Translations under genes and position numbers: made by a program
Notes under the pieces: generated by a model
Databases searched by the model: none
Seen by the model: the letters and a program-made list of their open reading frames with translations, nothing else
Told to the model about the DNA's origin: nothing
Part shown: in pieces, positions 38,901 through 52,293 of the stretch
How positions within the stretch are numbered: position 1 is the stretch's first letter
How the letters are laid out: every line of letters starts with the position of its first letter
Origin: Eledone cirrhosa
Lineage: Eukaryota
Assembly: GCA_964016885.1 (NCBI GenBank)
Contig: OZ024742.1
Coordinates: forward strand, 145,638,001 to 145,702,000
DNA length: 64,000 nt
Direction: 5' to 3'

Positions 38901-39726
38901 AACGACGCTGTTAGTCCACCTCTCACACAACCGTACTCTGGACACTACCGTGTGTTATCACGTACTGACAAACATTTCACTGTAGATATTAAGGGATCCA
39001 GAAAGACAATTTCGGTTGATAGACTAAAAAGGGCATACACAGATGCTCATACACCTGAGCCACAAATACCCAAATCTTTCTCTATTGCTCCTTCTGCCCC
39101 ACCTTCACCTACATACAAGACCACGTCCCGTTCCGGTCGAAGAGTCCACTGGCCCAAAAAACTCTGTCAAACAGTTTTCATCTGAACTGGCCACTATGGA
39201 GCCTTTCCTTTTTTTCTTTTTCCTTGTATTGTGTATGCATGTACCTTTTTTTGTTTCATACCTTTGCTTTGATCCCATTCTTGCGGGTTCGCTACAATTC
39301 CCTTTGGGTTGTTCGCCTATCGTCTGGAGGAGGGTATTGTAGTGACCCCCTAGCGTCGAGAACCAGAAGTAATGAGAGTTACGTCCCATGGGAACTATAA
39401 ATTAAGAGACCGAAGGTGCCCTACCTCTTACAAAGCCAGCAGTCCTGGAGTTAAGATGTAACCTTGCCTTCTCCCACCTTTAGTTCACCCACGCCATGTG
39501 GAGTGGACATATTAAGAGCAACTCTCTCACTAACTATAGTCGCAGACTACAACAGCCTCATGAACAAACAACGAATAACATTGTCAACCTTCGCAACTCG
39601 TGGTAATATGTTTGACTCAAGTGAAGTAAACCTTTATATATAGAGAAAAACCATTTATTCTTGTTATTTCATCTAACAACCACGTTAATCCCATCTAACT
39701 ATTTCTTAAAAATACCCTTTGTTAAA
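35960..39726 (+). mobile_element. Internally deleted Gypsy element: truncated 5' LTR 35960-36268, gag/protease remnants, integrase, PPT, 3' LTR 39338-39726
   Basis: Direct repeats 35960-36268 and 39430-39726; PBS-like AGTGACCCAGCCGTG; CWYHERF..NA..C..PC; FLVDTGA; IDRFSRWPEAIP; GGAGGAGGG before TG; no RT or RNase H. Confidence 0.9.
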
Positions 39727-40030
39727 GAGATAACAAACAGAGTTACAAAAAGTCTTATAAGTGTTACGCTTTATATTGGAAACAGTAAAGACATTTAGAC
39801 AAGTAGGGCTTAAGCCCTTCTTCAGGAACACAACATGGAGACAAGATCACAATGGAGAAACAGAAAAAGAGTCCAGTAAAGTATCAAAACAAAATCGAAA
39901 ATGGAGATGGAAAACAATGAATTTTAATGCAAAGTGGAGAGTGTGTGTGTGTGTGTGTATGTGTCGTTATATGTGTGTGTGTAAGTGTATGTTTAAACGT
40001 GTGTGATTTTTAAAGGTATATTGTGTAAAG

Positions 40031-40655
40031 TAACAAAGATAGTGAGCGTATGCGTATAGTCACGTGTTAGTGGTAGTGGACATGTATGTGTGAGTGAATG
40101 TAACTCTGAATGTGTGTACTGTATATGTGCGTTGAAGTAAGTTTGTGTGTGTGTAAAGTATATGGCAGTGTAGTGCATGTCTGTGAGAAGTGTGGATTTG
40201 TGTGTGTGAGTATGATAAACTTTAACATGTGTATGTATGTTGAAGTTATAATAATTGTTTCTACGTTTGGCACAAGGCCAAAATTATCCAGTAAATTACT
40301 GGTACTTTATTTTATCGACCCTGTAAGGATGAAAGGCAAAGTTAACCTCGGCGGGATTTGAGGTTAACTTTGCCTTTCATCCTTACAGGGTCGATAAAAT
40401 AAAGTACCAGTAATGCACTGGATATTTGCTGGCCTTGTGCCAAACGTAGAAACAATTATTATAACTTCAACATACATACATACACATGTTAAAGTTTATC
40501 ATACACTCACACACTTCTCAAAGACATGCACTACACTGCCATATACTTTACACACACACAAACTTACTTCCACGCACATATACAGTACACACATTCAGAA
40601 TTACATTCACTACCACTAATACATGAATATATGCATACACTCACCATCTTTGTTA
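40031..40655. repeat. Diverged ~300-bp-arm inverted duplication centred inside a SINE
   Basis: Centre AAAGTTAACCTC-GGCGGGATTT-GAGGTTAACTTT; arms extend through (GT)/(AC)-rich sequence. Confidence 0.85.
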
Positions 40656-40894
40656 TAATAATATAATATAATTATGTAGAGACAAGAAGTAAAGTAATTG
40701 TACGAACCAGATTAGGGAACTGCCACTGCTACTGTACTGACAGTATTTTTAAAATGCAATGCAACTTCTGAAAGTACACATGCGATATGTTAGATACATT
40801 TCATAGGTCTGGCCTATTTCTATGTAATTTAGAGTTACGTTCTACGGCTTAGAATTGTTGTTTTCAAATCTCAGTAACTTGCCAGACAAGTATA

Positions 40895-41144
40895 GAAGTC
40901 TAAAGTCCATCTTAAGCCAGAAGGTTTATTAGGTCGGTGCTTATCACAGTTTCATGGCATGAAGCGACTGAGAGTACAAGGCACTCCCCATCGCAGAGTT
41001 AAATCCCCAGCTATTGCTGGTACTCATTTTCAGCTGAGTATACTGAAGCAACGTGAATGAAGTATTTTGCTCAAGAACACAACATGCAACACAGGAATTG
41101 AACCCACGACATTATGATCGTAAGTCAAACACAAGTGGAACATA
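40895..41144 (-). mobile_element. tRNA-derived SINE (third family) with 11-bp TSD
   Basis: AGACAAGTATA at 40884-94 and 41145-55; B-box GGGTTCAATTCC on the minus strand; GGTACTCATTTTCAGCTGAGT core. Confidence 0.7.
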
Positions 41145-41199
41145 AGACAAGTATAACTGCTAAAAAAATATACTTTATTTCATAAATATATCCTTCATA

Positions 41200-44100
41200 G
41201 TTGCACAAACAACATTACAAATCGTTTGCAATTCCTTCAGAATGAAAATATAAACAGAGCATATAAATAAATTTACAGTAGAATAACATAACAAATATGT
41301 TTTAAATATATACATAAATAACATTACAAATGCCTCGGTAGCACTACAAAGGATGATACAATGAAAGATATATTCCTTCAATGCTACAATATTAAAGAAA
41401 ATGTAAAGGAAGGGGTGAACAACGGAACCAACACCAGAGCAAAAGACAGCAACGTCGCGAGTACTGGGCAACCTCTCTAATGATTTTTGAGGCAAGCCAG
41501 CACACTCGCAGAGTTGCCTCGGTGATGGCGAGGCTGATGCGCTGAAACAGCCAAGCACCCTCGCGAGATTCGCCAGTCACCTCTATTAGGCGAGCCGCCA
41601 GTGAGGAAAGGAACCTCGAAGTCAGCAGCCCGACTCCCCCAGACATCTCGAAAGCCACAGGCTGAAAAATGTAGCTGGACGACAGATCAGAGTATTTGAG
41701 CAGAAGCGGTGGCTCTCGTCCTAACCGCAGCATCCAGGATGTGGGAAAGAGCAAAAGAGTCACTAACAGTGACGTCCCCCGACAAGGCACCTGTTTCTCG
41801 ACCAGGGGCACAGGGTACTTTTACCGTCACTTCTGGACAACCCAGATGGTTCCAAGACTGAGGAGATATTCGCCCGGGCCAAAGCTCTCTTCAGGATGAG
41901 GTTTAGCTCCGTGTGACGCGCGAAGCGGCCGGCATTCAGGCGGCAAGAAAGACCGTGGAGGCCTGTAGAGTCGAGGAGTTTGCCGCATCGGCACCTCAAA
42001 CCCATGCAGACGTCAGCTCCCACTCTGAGGGCGGATGGAGACACGAAGTTCGTCCAGGCTGAGTAGGCCGCCAACGTTGGCCACGGGTAGGGCATCGACC
42101 CAGTCGCCTGAGTATTTGGCGCTGGCAGATAGTAAGCAGCACCTTACAAACTGATCTGACTGGACGAAGAGAGAGTCGAAGGTGGCCTTCGAACTTATGC
42201 TGTCCCAAGCTCTCTGACTTCGACTGTCCTCCACCTTCTCAGGAAGAGACAAGCCCAACTCACCCCATCGCTGGAGAGCTTCACCCAACTCCCTGTTGAA
42301 ACTAGTCCATGTTGGAGAGGCGAGGATACTGCTCACCAGGGTGGAGCAAGTGTGGGTGGAGGAAAGGAAGCAGGGGAGAGAGAGGGACGAACACTTACGA
42401 AGACCAAGACACCCAAATCGCTTGGGTAACGCAGCCTGATCGCGGGACTCCGGAGAGAGTCTAACATTTACCAGACACTCGAGTCTCTCGAAGATTAGGT
42501 CGTCGAAGCGTTGGAGGCAGGACGGAAATCTGTGAGAGGGGCTGACCCTGAGCAGATACAGAAGCTTAGGAATAGACAGGTAGTTCCTGAGTATGAAGAA
42601 ACCTTGATGGGGTTCGATGACTTCGATAATCCTCAGCAGCTCCTCAAGGCCAACCATCTCCGATTGGAAGGTTGACTCGAAGGCCAGGTGTGTGATTGGG
42701 GCTCCTAAGGAGCACCAAGCCGACGGGGGAGGGACCGCGATGGAGGGAAGGACTCTGCGAACAGGTCGATCAGCTGTTGGTGTTGAGAAGCCGGGTGGTT
42801 GAGAATCCAGACCTCGCATTTGGGGCTATTGATCTGGAGAACCCGGCGGCCAAGCTCCTCCACCATCCTGTTGGCAATGGCGAGAACCATATCCGGAGTT
42901 CCCTACCAAACAGGCGTCGTCGAGGTACCAGACATTGAGGTCCAACTTAACCCCCATCTTGGTGACGTCATCAATGCCCAGTGCAAACAGTGCGGGCCCG
43001 AGTGGGCCACCCTGTTGGACTCCTGAGGCAGAGGTGATGATCTGGTCACCGAAAGAGAGGTAGGAGGGCTCCCGATAAGCCTGCCAAGCAAAGTGGTAGA
43101 GTTGTGGGACCCTCTCTCTTATTGAGCCGAGGACGATGTCGCGGCTGACGGAGTTGAAGGCATTCCTGAGGTCAAGTTTGAGGATGACCTTGGGGGGACG
43201 AGGAGGGCAAGTTGGTAAATGCTCTGGCACCGTGGACAGCAGCCTCACATCCCAACCTGGTACCCACCCCCAGCTGGATGGGGGAAAATTCCTCGGCCAG
43301 TGAGTCGGGACCAACAGCAAACACGCCTTTGCAGTGAGGCGGCGAAGAGTGCAGCCAACTGCAATGGGGCGCAGGTCCCCGTTGGGCTTGGTGAGACCAA
43401 ATAGCTTCGCACCGAAGAACAGTGGGCGGATGAACGGGAGAACGTTCACTGAAGAGAACTGATTCACAAACTGGGTCAGACTCTCCAAGAGCTCGAGTCC
43501 GGCGTCACCGGCCGATAAGGAGATACCATGCTTGAGGTGTTGAGGACGAAGGCCGTCCAATCCCGCGCCTGACCCAGCGAGGAAGGATGAAATCGCCTTT
43601 CTGATGATATCGGTGGTGTAAACCGGTCTCAAGTATTCTGGTGGTTCAGGCCAGTGTAGCTGATCATCTGGGAGTGCCGATGGGTGCTTCTCTTTCAGAC
43701 GCTCAAGAGAATCAGAGTTGCACGGAGCAAGGGAGGTCAGAGAAGAGAGGAGACGGACAGCCCCTTTAATGTCAAATTCGCTGAATTTTGCATTGACCGC
43801 TCGCTTGAGGTCTACCGGTTGTCTGTTGGTGGACACCGAGCTCGGTGTCGAACTGAGATGAGACGTGGTTGGGGTGGACTCAAACAGCTGGAACTGCCGC
43901 TTGAGGGAGGACGTGAGGGAACCCGAGTTCGCATTGTGCACGTGAAGAGAGATGAGGGGAAACAAATACAATTTCTGCCAGTCAGGCCTATTGTTGGACG
44001 AGCAAACGTTTTTCAGTAAATTAGAGAGGGCACGTGCAAAGCTATTCGGAGCTCCCTTAGGGATCCGGTTAATGAGCTTTGATTTGGAGAAGCTCTGGAG

Positions 44101-44950
44101 GGCTGTGGCAAAGTCGTCGGTAGAGAGTTGGTCGTCAAAGCATGGGGCATCCCCACGGAATACGTCAGAGCTGAAGTGGCACCGATTACAGGTCCAGTGT
44201 TGAAGCCTTTCGGCTTGAGCTTTGTTGTCACAGCTTCTGTGGTAGCTTGCATGGCATAAGTGACATTTAATTGTCTTTAAGTACTGGCTAGTGTGGGCAC
44301 AGAGAGCGCAATCAGGTAGTGGGCTGGCAGCAGAGGGCCAGCGTTGGAATTCGGTGGAGAGAGTGAGTCAGTAAAGGAGACAGCAGTGGTTCTAACGGTG
44401 GGACTAGAGCGGAGGTTGGGTGGTGAGCTAACAGTTGTAGAGGTGGTGGGGTTGGCCGGGTTGAATTCGCTCAGAATCTGCCGTGAAGAGGAGGGGGTAG
44501 CTGGGGGCAATTTAGCTCCTCTCGTGCGTGCCGCAGTTGGTGGAGAATAAGAGGTCGAAGGCTGACCGTTTGTCACATAGTTGTTCCACCAAGCAGGTCT
44601 CTTGGTCGTTCGACGCATGCCACCGCCACCTAGAGTGGACTAGGTTAAAGTGGTGGCAACTTTAGCAATCGGCAATCGCCGGTGATAGTTCGGTCAAAAC
44701 ATCGGGCCACCGACATGTTGAACGAATACCTAGGTGGGCTGTGCGCGAGGACGAAGTAAGGGGTGAGCAAGGGGAGGGATAGAAAGTGGAGAAGATTATG
44801 AGTGCGTGGAGAGGAGTGTGGTCATGTGAGAGGCAGGTAAATACAGTGGGAGAGAAAGAGCACTGAACATGCAAAGAGAAGTAAAATAAAAACGCTAGAA
44901 ATACCAAATTTAAGGCTGTGAGTTTGCGTTATAGCTCACATGGGTAAATC
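41200..44950 (-). mobile_element. CRE-clade non-LTR retrotransposon (RT, zinc knuckle, restriction-like endonuclease), frameshifted
   Basis: KPNGDLRPIAVGCTLRRL, LDLRNAFNSV, GVQQGGPLGPALF, WYLDD, CRCG..D..GLHGLSC, RHTELN, FQPVAFEMSG; GC-rich relative to flanks; ends approximate. Confidence 0.88.
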
Positions 44951-47059
44951 CGCAGTAAAATCCGAAATTGTGAGTTTGTGTGAAGAAAAAAAACAAAAAA
45001 AAGGAAAAAAAACACATGGGCAAGACTTCAGTAAAATCAAAACCTGAATGACAGTGATACAAGATGTTTACAATTACAGAGTGATTACATTACTGTCAAG
45101 TGGTCAAAGCTTCTAATTCTGTGAAATAGAATGGAAGTATGGATTGACCTTTCAGTCACACCTGACTATAAATAGATTCAAGTTATTTCAAGAGGGAGAT
45201 GGGGTGGTGCCATGTGTAATCTCTTCTTGTGAAGCTAGTGGTGGTTCCTCGCCATTTATAATTATTTAATATTTGGGAGGGGGGGGGGGTGAACAGTTAT
45301 AAGTGTACGTAAGGAGGAATGTATAATTGTGTGATACAATTGCTCCAGGTTGGTTCCCTGCGTTGTTGCCACAACCAATCCATAACATTTTTTTTTACCT
45401 CCGAAGATCTGTTATTCCTCTCCGTAGATTGTAAATGGTAAAATCCGTTCGAATGTCCCTGGGAGTTAAATGATCCAACGGAATGGTAAAATCTACTTCC
45501 TTGAAGAATATTTTGAAGTTGTCTCAGACAAAGCATACACTCATGCGAAAAAAGGCAAAAGTTGAAAATGTTTACCTCGTTTGGTGTCGAATTTGTACAC
45601 ACGTTTGTTTTCCTAAACTTCAAATATACTTGTTTTTCAATCCACTCAATGGTTCGATGGTTTATTTTTGAAATGTTGACATCGAAGCTGCTGTAAAACT
45701 TTCTATTTAAGATAGAAATTGTTGTCAGAGTCGTTTAACTCAGTGGCTAAGAGCGCACAGTGGAATTTCAGAGGTACGGAGTTCCTTTTTTCCCGTAGTA
45801 GACCCTAACTTGAATTTTGTTCGATATTTACATCAATTTGTTAAAAATTAAAAAGATCAACTCAACAGTCTTTTGTATTGAGTTCTCTTCCGTTATTTAA
45901 CGAAAAACATATTGTTGATGATCTGAACAGAAGTTTATTTAGCTTTTTACTGAAAAACATCAATACATATTATATATGTATTGATTAAACCTAAAATTAA
46001 GTTATATATATATTATCAACACGTGCACATTACAGTTTATAAGTTTTCTCTATATGCAACAGTGTCTGTCGGGGTTGTTTTTTTTTCGTTTTTTTTATAA
46101 GAATCGTTTTATAGTTTTATATAAAATTATTTTAACACTGAATACTATTTCTTCCTTTAAGATTATTTAAAATGCTGCCATAAATATATTTAGTTTGTAC
46201 CATTTTTTTCTTTTAATCGTTATCAAACTATTATATTAATTAATCGTGTTTTGCTACGCTACTGTCGGCGTGTTTATATTTTTTTCATAATTGGGAAAAG
46301 ATGAGTTTTTTAATTTAAATTCACTCGTCTTTTTTTCCGTCGGTTTGGAAGCTTCCTTCGCCACCTCACCCCATCCCAAATTACAGAAGGTGAGAAAACA
46401 GTCTATAAAGGTGTTGCCTATGTTAGATTTAACTCATGTTACATAGTTTCACAATTATGACCTCTAATTTTGGGTTACAGAGTATAATTTTGACCTTTAA
46501 AAAAAATTGACTAAGTTTTAATAATTTAAAAAGTACATTTTCTTTGTAACTAAAAGACTACTTCTTGGTACGTTAGTTATAATTGTTTCTACTTTTGGCA
46601 CAAGGCCAGCAATTATCCAGTGCATTACTGGTATTTTATTTTATTGACCCCGTAAGGATGAAAGGCAAAATTAACCTCGGCGGGATAGTTATAATGAAAG
46701 TACATAGACCAAGTCAGTACTGAAGCAGAGCCACTGATCTCCCAGGGAGGCCAGGGCTTTGTGTCTTGCTTTGTATATGGTCAACACTCCACCGAGTGTA
46801 TAGGAGAGGTTGTCACATCTCTGACACAACTGTAGCTCCTCCTGACCCTTTTGTTTGGCAAGATTACTATGACTGGGATGTCCTTCCTATCACCAACCTC
46901 TTTACAGCACATCTTGCCTCAAGTGGGAAAACCCCCGTCCAAACCCATGCAAGCGTGGAACACGGACGTTAAACGTTGATGATGATGATGATGATGATGA
47001 TGACTGAGTGCATTTATCATCTAGATCACCAAGACTAGAGAGGTTGTCATTTCCTTGAC

Positions 47060-48960
47060 ATGGCTGAATGGTCCTCCTGACCCTTTCTACAGCTGGATGC
47101 CTTTCCTCTCACCAACCACTTTACAGTGTGTATTGGGTGTTTTTATCATGTAGATCACCAAATACTAGGGAGGCTGTCATCTCCTTGACACAACTGAAGG
47201 GTCCTCCCTAGCCTCTGTTTGTTTAGCCCTCCATGGCTGAATGCCCTTCCCATCACCAAATGCTTCACAGGAGGGGGTGGACAACTGCTAGAAATATGGG
47301 CGTATGTGTGGTGGGGTTGAAGTTGTGATGTTGAGGATAACTGTTAGGGAGTGCTAGTGGAGATAGGAGGTAGGTCAGGTCACATTTTATGATGCAGGTT
47401 GGGTCTTCTTCAGCACTGCATAGTACCAGCCCTTGTGGTCTTTAGTCATTTCTGTTGTGAGGTTTAGATGTCTAAGGTTGGTTTTCACAACACCCACCTA
47501 TGTCTTCCTGTGTCTGCCCCTTCCATGGTTCCCAGCTACTGAGGTTTCTCAGCATTTTTTAATGCAGCTGTTATCTTCCATATGCATCATATGTCCATAC
47601 CAACACAGTCTTCTCTCTTGTACACTACATTCAGTTCCTCTTATGTCAAATTTTATCCTCAGTTTGCATATGCTATGTCACTCATGCACACTAACATTAC
47701 ACATCCGACATGGCTTGACTTGGGGCAAACTATTTTCTTCCCATAAATTCTCCTCATTCAGTAATCTTACATGGTGACACTTAAAATGCTTCTTTCTTTT
47801 TAGTGTCAGTGAGGACAAGTATGCCATAATCATCTCAGACACACTTCTCCCCACCAACATCACAATTTTCTCTGACACACTGTCTTGTGATCCTGAACAC
47901 CTCATGCCTTTGGTCCTCACTCTACAAAACATGCTTACATTTTGTATTTTCTGTTTCCTTTCTTGCAAGCTATACTTGTTGCCTAGCTTCTCTCCAAACA
48001 TTCTGGTAGACTCCTCTACTACCCCCATTTTGCCATTCCTTTTACGCCTGTCCTATAGCCTTAATTGTCTCATCTACCTTACTATTCCACCACCAAGTCA
48101 TTCTCCTTCTCCCTAGAGACCTGCTCCATCTGTGGATTTCGTTTGTCGCCTTCAGTAGGTTATCTTTCAGGAACTCCCACTGCTCCTCTATGTCGTGTAT
48201 CTCAATTTGCTCTTCCTTACTGTTAAAAGCGTCAATCAACATACTTCTAAATTTGTTACTGCTTGATTGGTCTTTTAACTTCCTTATTTTTCTCCTCCAG
48301 GCTGACTTCTGTTGCCAGGTTCTTCAAATCCTATCTATAAGGTCACTAACTACTAAGTTGTGTTGGGAGGTGCATTCTTCACCAGGGAGGGACTTTGTGT
48401 TCACAACTGTCACTTTGACTTGTCTTCTGGCAAGAATAAAATCTATCTGGCTGGCGTGCTCACCTGATCTATAGGTGATTAAGTGGTGGTCTCATATTTT
48501 GAAGTTCGTGTTACAATGTCATTATACAATGTCATCGCAGTGTTGTCCAACATGCCTGTTAAAGTCACCTACAATGATTATGAAGTCTCTGTTGCTTATT
48601 TGAGAAGTAGTGTGCATTAGGGACTCATAGAACCTGTCTTTAAGTACATCTGACAGTCCAGATTTAGGTGTATATATGCAGATATAATTGTCATGGTTGC
48701 TCAATTTTGTACAAGTATAAGTTTAATTATTCTGTTATTTACTCTATTTACAGCAATGACTTTGTATATCCCTTTTTCTGCTACCATAATCCCTGCTCCA
48801 CCCAGCCCATTGTCATTTCCCACCCAGAAAAATTTGTAGCATCATTTTTTTGCCCACAAGATATATAGCCTACATTCCCCTCCATCTAGTCTCTTGCACA
48901 CAACACATATCGGTTTTCTTTCGTTCAAGCATCTCTACAAGCTCTGCAGATCTTCCTTTC
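47060..48960 (-). mobile_element. Old RTE LINE remnant with internal deletion
   Basis: IIVGDFNRHVG, TWWWNSK, 3' end and UTR; shared with 20595-21695. Confidence 0.75.
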
Positions 48961-49424
48961 ATCATGCGTATGTTGATGGTGCCAGCTCTGAAGTTATGGA
49001 GTTCAATGGAAGAGTGAGAGGGAGAGGGTGAAAACTTGGTAGGGTTAGAAAGATGAATTGGTGTTGGTTTTCAATGTCTGAAATAAAGAAAGTGTTTGCA
49101 TGGTCGTCCAGAGAATGCTGGTGGGTTACATATTCATCATTAGGAATGCCAAACCTTTGTATTGCATTTGCCATACAGGACAACATCAGGCCCATAACAA
49201 CTGTATTAGAAGTAGTAGTAGAGGTTATTGAGTTGAAGGTTACAACATATTTGTGCTGCTGTGTTTTGATTGGTCTGTGTGGCAATGGTGGTGTGAGGAG
49301 GTGGGTATGAGGGAAATGGGAACATAACAAAAGAGAAACAGAAAATGTAGTCTGGAGGGGAAAACAAGAAATGAAACATATACTCTGGAGGAAAACAAGT
49401 TGTTTGACCTGAGAAATAATGTAT

Positions 49425-50582
49425 ATCTCCATTTTATGTCCTAAATGCAAAGTATGGGTGCATAAAAGATGTAGTGGGATCACAGGTAAGCTAACTAAGA
49501 ACATAGATTTTACATGTGGCCAGTGTTCTGGTGCAATAAGTAGCAGCAAGTGCCCACAAAATACTAGCTCTTTCAATTGCGCAGAGGGTTCTATAGAAAT
49601 AGTGGACAGCTTCCGTTACCTGGGCGATAAAATCAGCAGTGGGGGAGGGTGCTCTGACAGTACTGTAGCTAGAGTCAGAACTGGTTGGAAAAAGTTCAGA
49701 GAGCTTATACCACTATTAGCTGCTAAAGGGTTCTCCCTAAAAATGAAAGGCAGGTTGTACGATGCCTGCATACGAACAGCAATGCTGCATGGCAGTGAGA
49801 CCTGGGCATTGTGTGCAGAGGATATACGCAGACTAGAGAGGAACGAAGCTTGCATGCTCCGCTGGATGTGTAACAGTAATATACGTGAACGGCAAAGCAT
49901 AAACGAACTAAGGAAAAAATTAGAGATAAGAGGGATCAGATGTTGTTTACTCGAGAGAAGGCTACGTTGGTATGGACACGTGATGCGCATGAAAGTCGAT
50001 AGCTGTATAACAAAGTGCAGGGCAATAAAGATAGACGGTAGTCACGGAATAGGCAGACCTAGAAAAACCTGGGACGAGCTGATAAACTCCGACATCACAC
50101 ACTTACACCTCTCCAAGACAATGTCACTGGACCGAGACCTTTGGCGGTACTCAGTAACAGAGAAGACCCGCCTTACCTAAATATATAGTAAAACCTACTC
50201 CAGCCAGTAGGCATCTCTAACAAAATACACCCCGTCCCACCACCACCACCCCCACCTCATCCACACCACCCCGTCCTATGTAAAGTTATGTTGGTGCCAC
50301 ACCATCCAGGCCAAAACAAATGAGATCGTGTAGGTGTCACGACAAAAAAACACACAGTCCACGCTGTAATGTGGCCGTGTAGGCAACACGGTAAAAACCT
50401 CCCAGACCCACACTGTAAATGTGGTTGGTGTTAGGAAGGGCATCCAACTGTAGAAAACCTGCCAGACAGTCCTATGCGAGCAAGACAATCACTCTTGCCT
50501 CAAGTGGGACTACCCCCGTCCAAACCCATGCAAGCGTGGAACACGGACGTTAAACGTTGATGATGATGATGATGATGATGAT
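49425..50582 (+). mobile_element. 5'-truncated young RTE LINE with open C-terminal ORF
   Basis: ORF 49419-50180 ending GRPRKTW...TRLT*; UTR and (GAT)n tail. Confidence 0.93.
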
Positions 50583-50770
50583 AATGAGCATGGTAGGAGA
50601 GAAAAAGCAAGAGATTATATCAAGTAAATTTAGGTCAAATTGTTATGGTAAGAAATCATTTCAGCTGTTTGTCAAAAACTTTAGTATATGTTATTAAATG
50701 TAAAGGATGTAATGAAGATTTCTATGCCTTGTAATCATCCTCAACTAATGAAACTGAATTATAACATTCA

Positions 50771-52293
50771 ACTACAGGAGAAGTACCTAGCTAAAAGTAA
50801 ACCCCTATACTTAGCTTTTGTTGACTTGGAGAAAGCCTTTGACAGAGTCCCCCGCTCCATTATCTGGTGGGCGCTTAGAAAACTAGGTGTTGATGAATGG
50901 CTTGTGAGAGCTATACAAGCCATGTATAAAGAAACAGTCAGCAAGGTTAGAATTAACAACGAATATAGTGAAGAGTTTAGCGTAAAAGTTGGTGTTCGTC
51001 AGGGCTCCGTCCTTAGCCCTCTCCTATTTATTATTGCCCTTCAGGCTATAACAGAGGAGTTCAAGATCGGCTGCCCATGGGAACTCCTATATGCAGATGA
51101 TCGAACGCTCATAACTGAATCACTGGCCGAACTAGAGAAGAAATTCCAAACATGGAAGCATGGCCTAGAATCAAAAGGCCTTAAAATTAACTTGTCTAAG
51201 ACTAAAGTTCTAGTTTGTAGGAAGGAAAATAGGGCACCAGTCCCATCTGGGAAATGGCCATGCTCAGTGTGTAGGAAAGGAGTAAGCAGAAACTCCATTT
51301 TATGTCCCAAATGCAAAGTATGGGTGCATAAAAGATGTAGTGGGATCACAGGTAAGCTAACTAAGAACAGATTTTATATGTGGCCAGTGCTCTGGTGCAA
51401 TAAGTAGCAGCAAGTGCCCACAGAATACTAGCTCATTCCATTGCACAGATGGTTCTATAGAAATAGTGGACACCTTCCATTACCTGGGTGACAAAATCAG
51501 CAGTGGTGGAGGGTGCTCTGAAAGTACAGTAGCTAGAGTCAGAAGGGATGGAAAAAGTTCAGAGAGCTTATACCACTATTGGCCGCTAAAAGGTTCTCTC
51601 TAAAAATGAAAGGCAGGCTGTATGATGTCTGCATACGAACAGCAATGTTACATGGCAGTGAGACCTGGGCATTGTGTGCAGAGGTTATACGCAGACTAGA
51701 GAGGAACGAAACTTGCATTCTCCGCTGGATGTGTAATAGTAATATATGTGAACGGCAAAGCATAAACGAACTAAGGGAGAAATTAGGAATAAGAGGGATC
51801 AGATGTTGTTTACTTGAGAGAAGACTACGTTGGTACGGTCACGTAATGCGCATGAATGACGACAGCTATATAAAAAAGTGCAGGGCAATAAAAATAGGCA
51901 GTAGCCACGGAGTAGGCAGACCCAGAAAAACCTGGGACGACTTGATAAATTCCGACCTCACACACTTACACCTCTTCAAGACAATGTCACTGGACCGAGA
52001 TCTTTGGCGCTACACAGTAATACAGAAGACCCGCCTTGCCTAAGTTCAAAGCGAAACCTACAGTCAGTACACCCCTGTCCCACTACCCCCACCCCATCCA
52101 CACCACCCCTTTCAAAAAACACACAGTCCACGCTGTAATGTGGCTGGTGTTAGGAAGGGCATCCAGCCGTAGAAAACCCGCCAGACGGTCCTATACGAGC
52201 AAGACAACCAATCTTGCCTCAAGTGGAAAAATTCCCGTCTAAACCCATGCTAGCGTGGAAGATGGACGTTAAACGATGATGATGATGATGATG
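50771..52293 (+). mobile_element. 5'-truncated RTE LINE (sister subfamily), absent from the paralogous site at ~22318
   Basis: RT and PHD ORFs 50688-51407 and 51579-52043; flanks join to give 22270-22350. Confidence 0.93.

Noticed and set aside
45297-45671. Short ORFs on both strands
   Set aside because: No recognisable motif or convincing splice structure.
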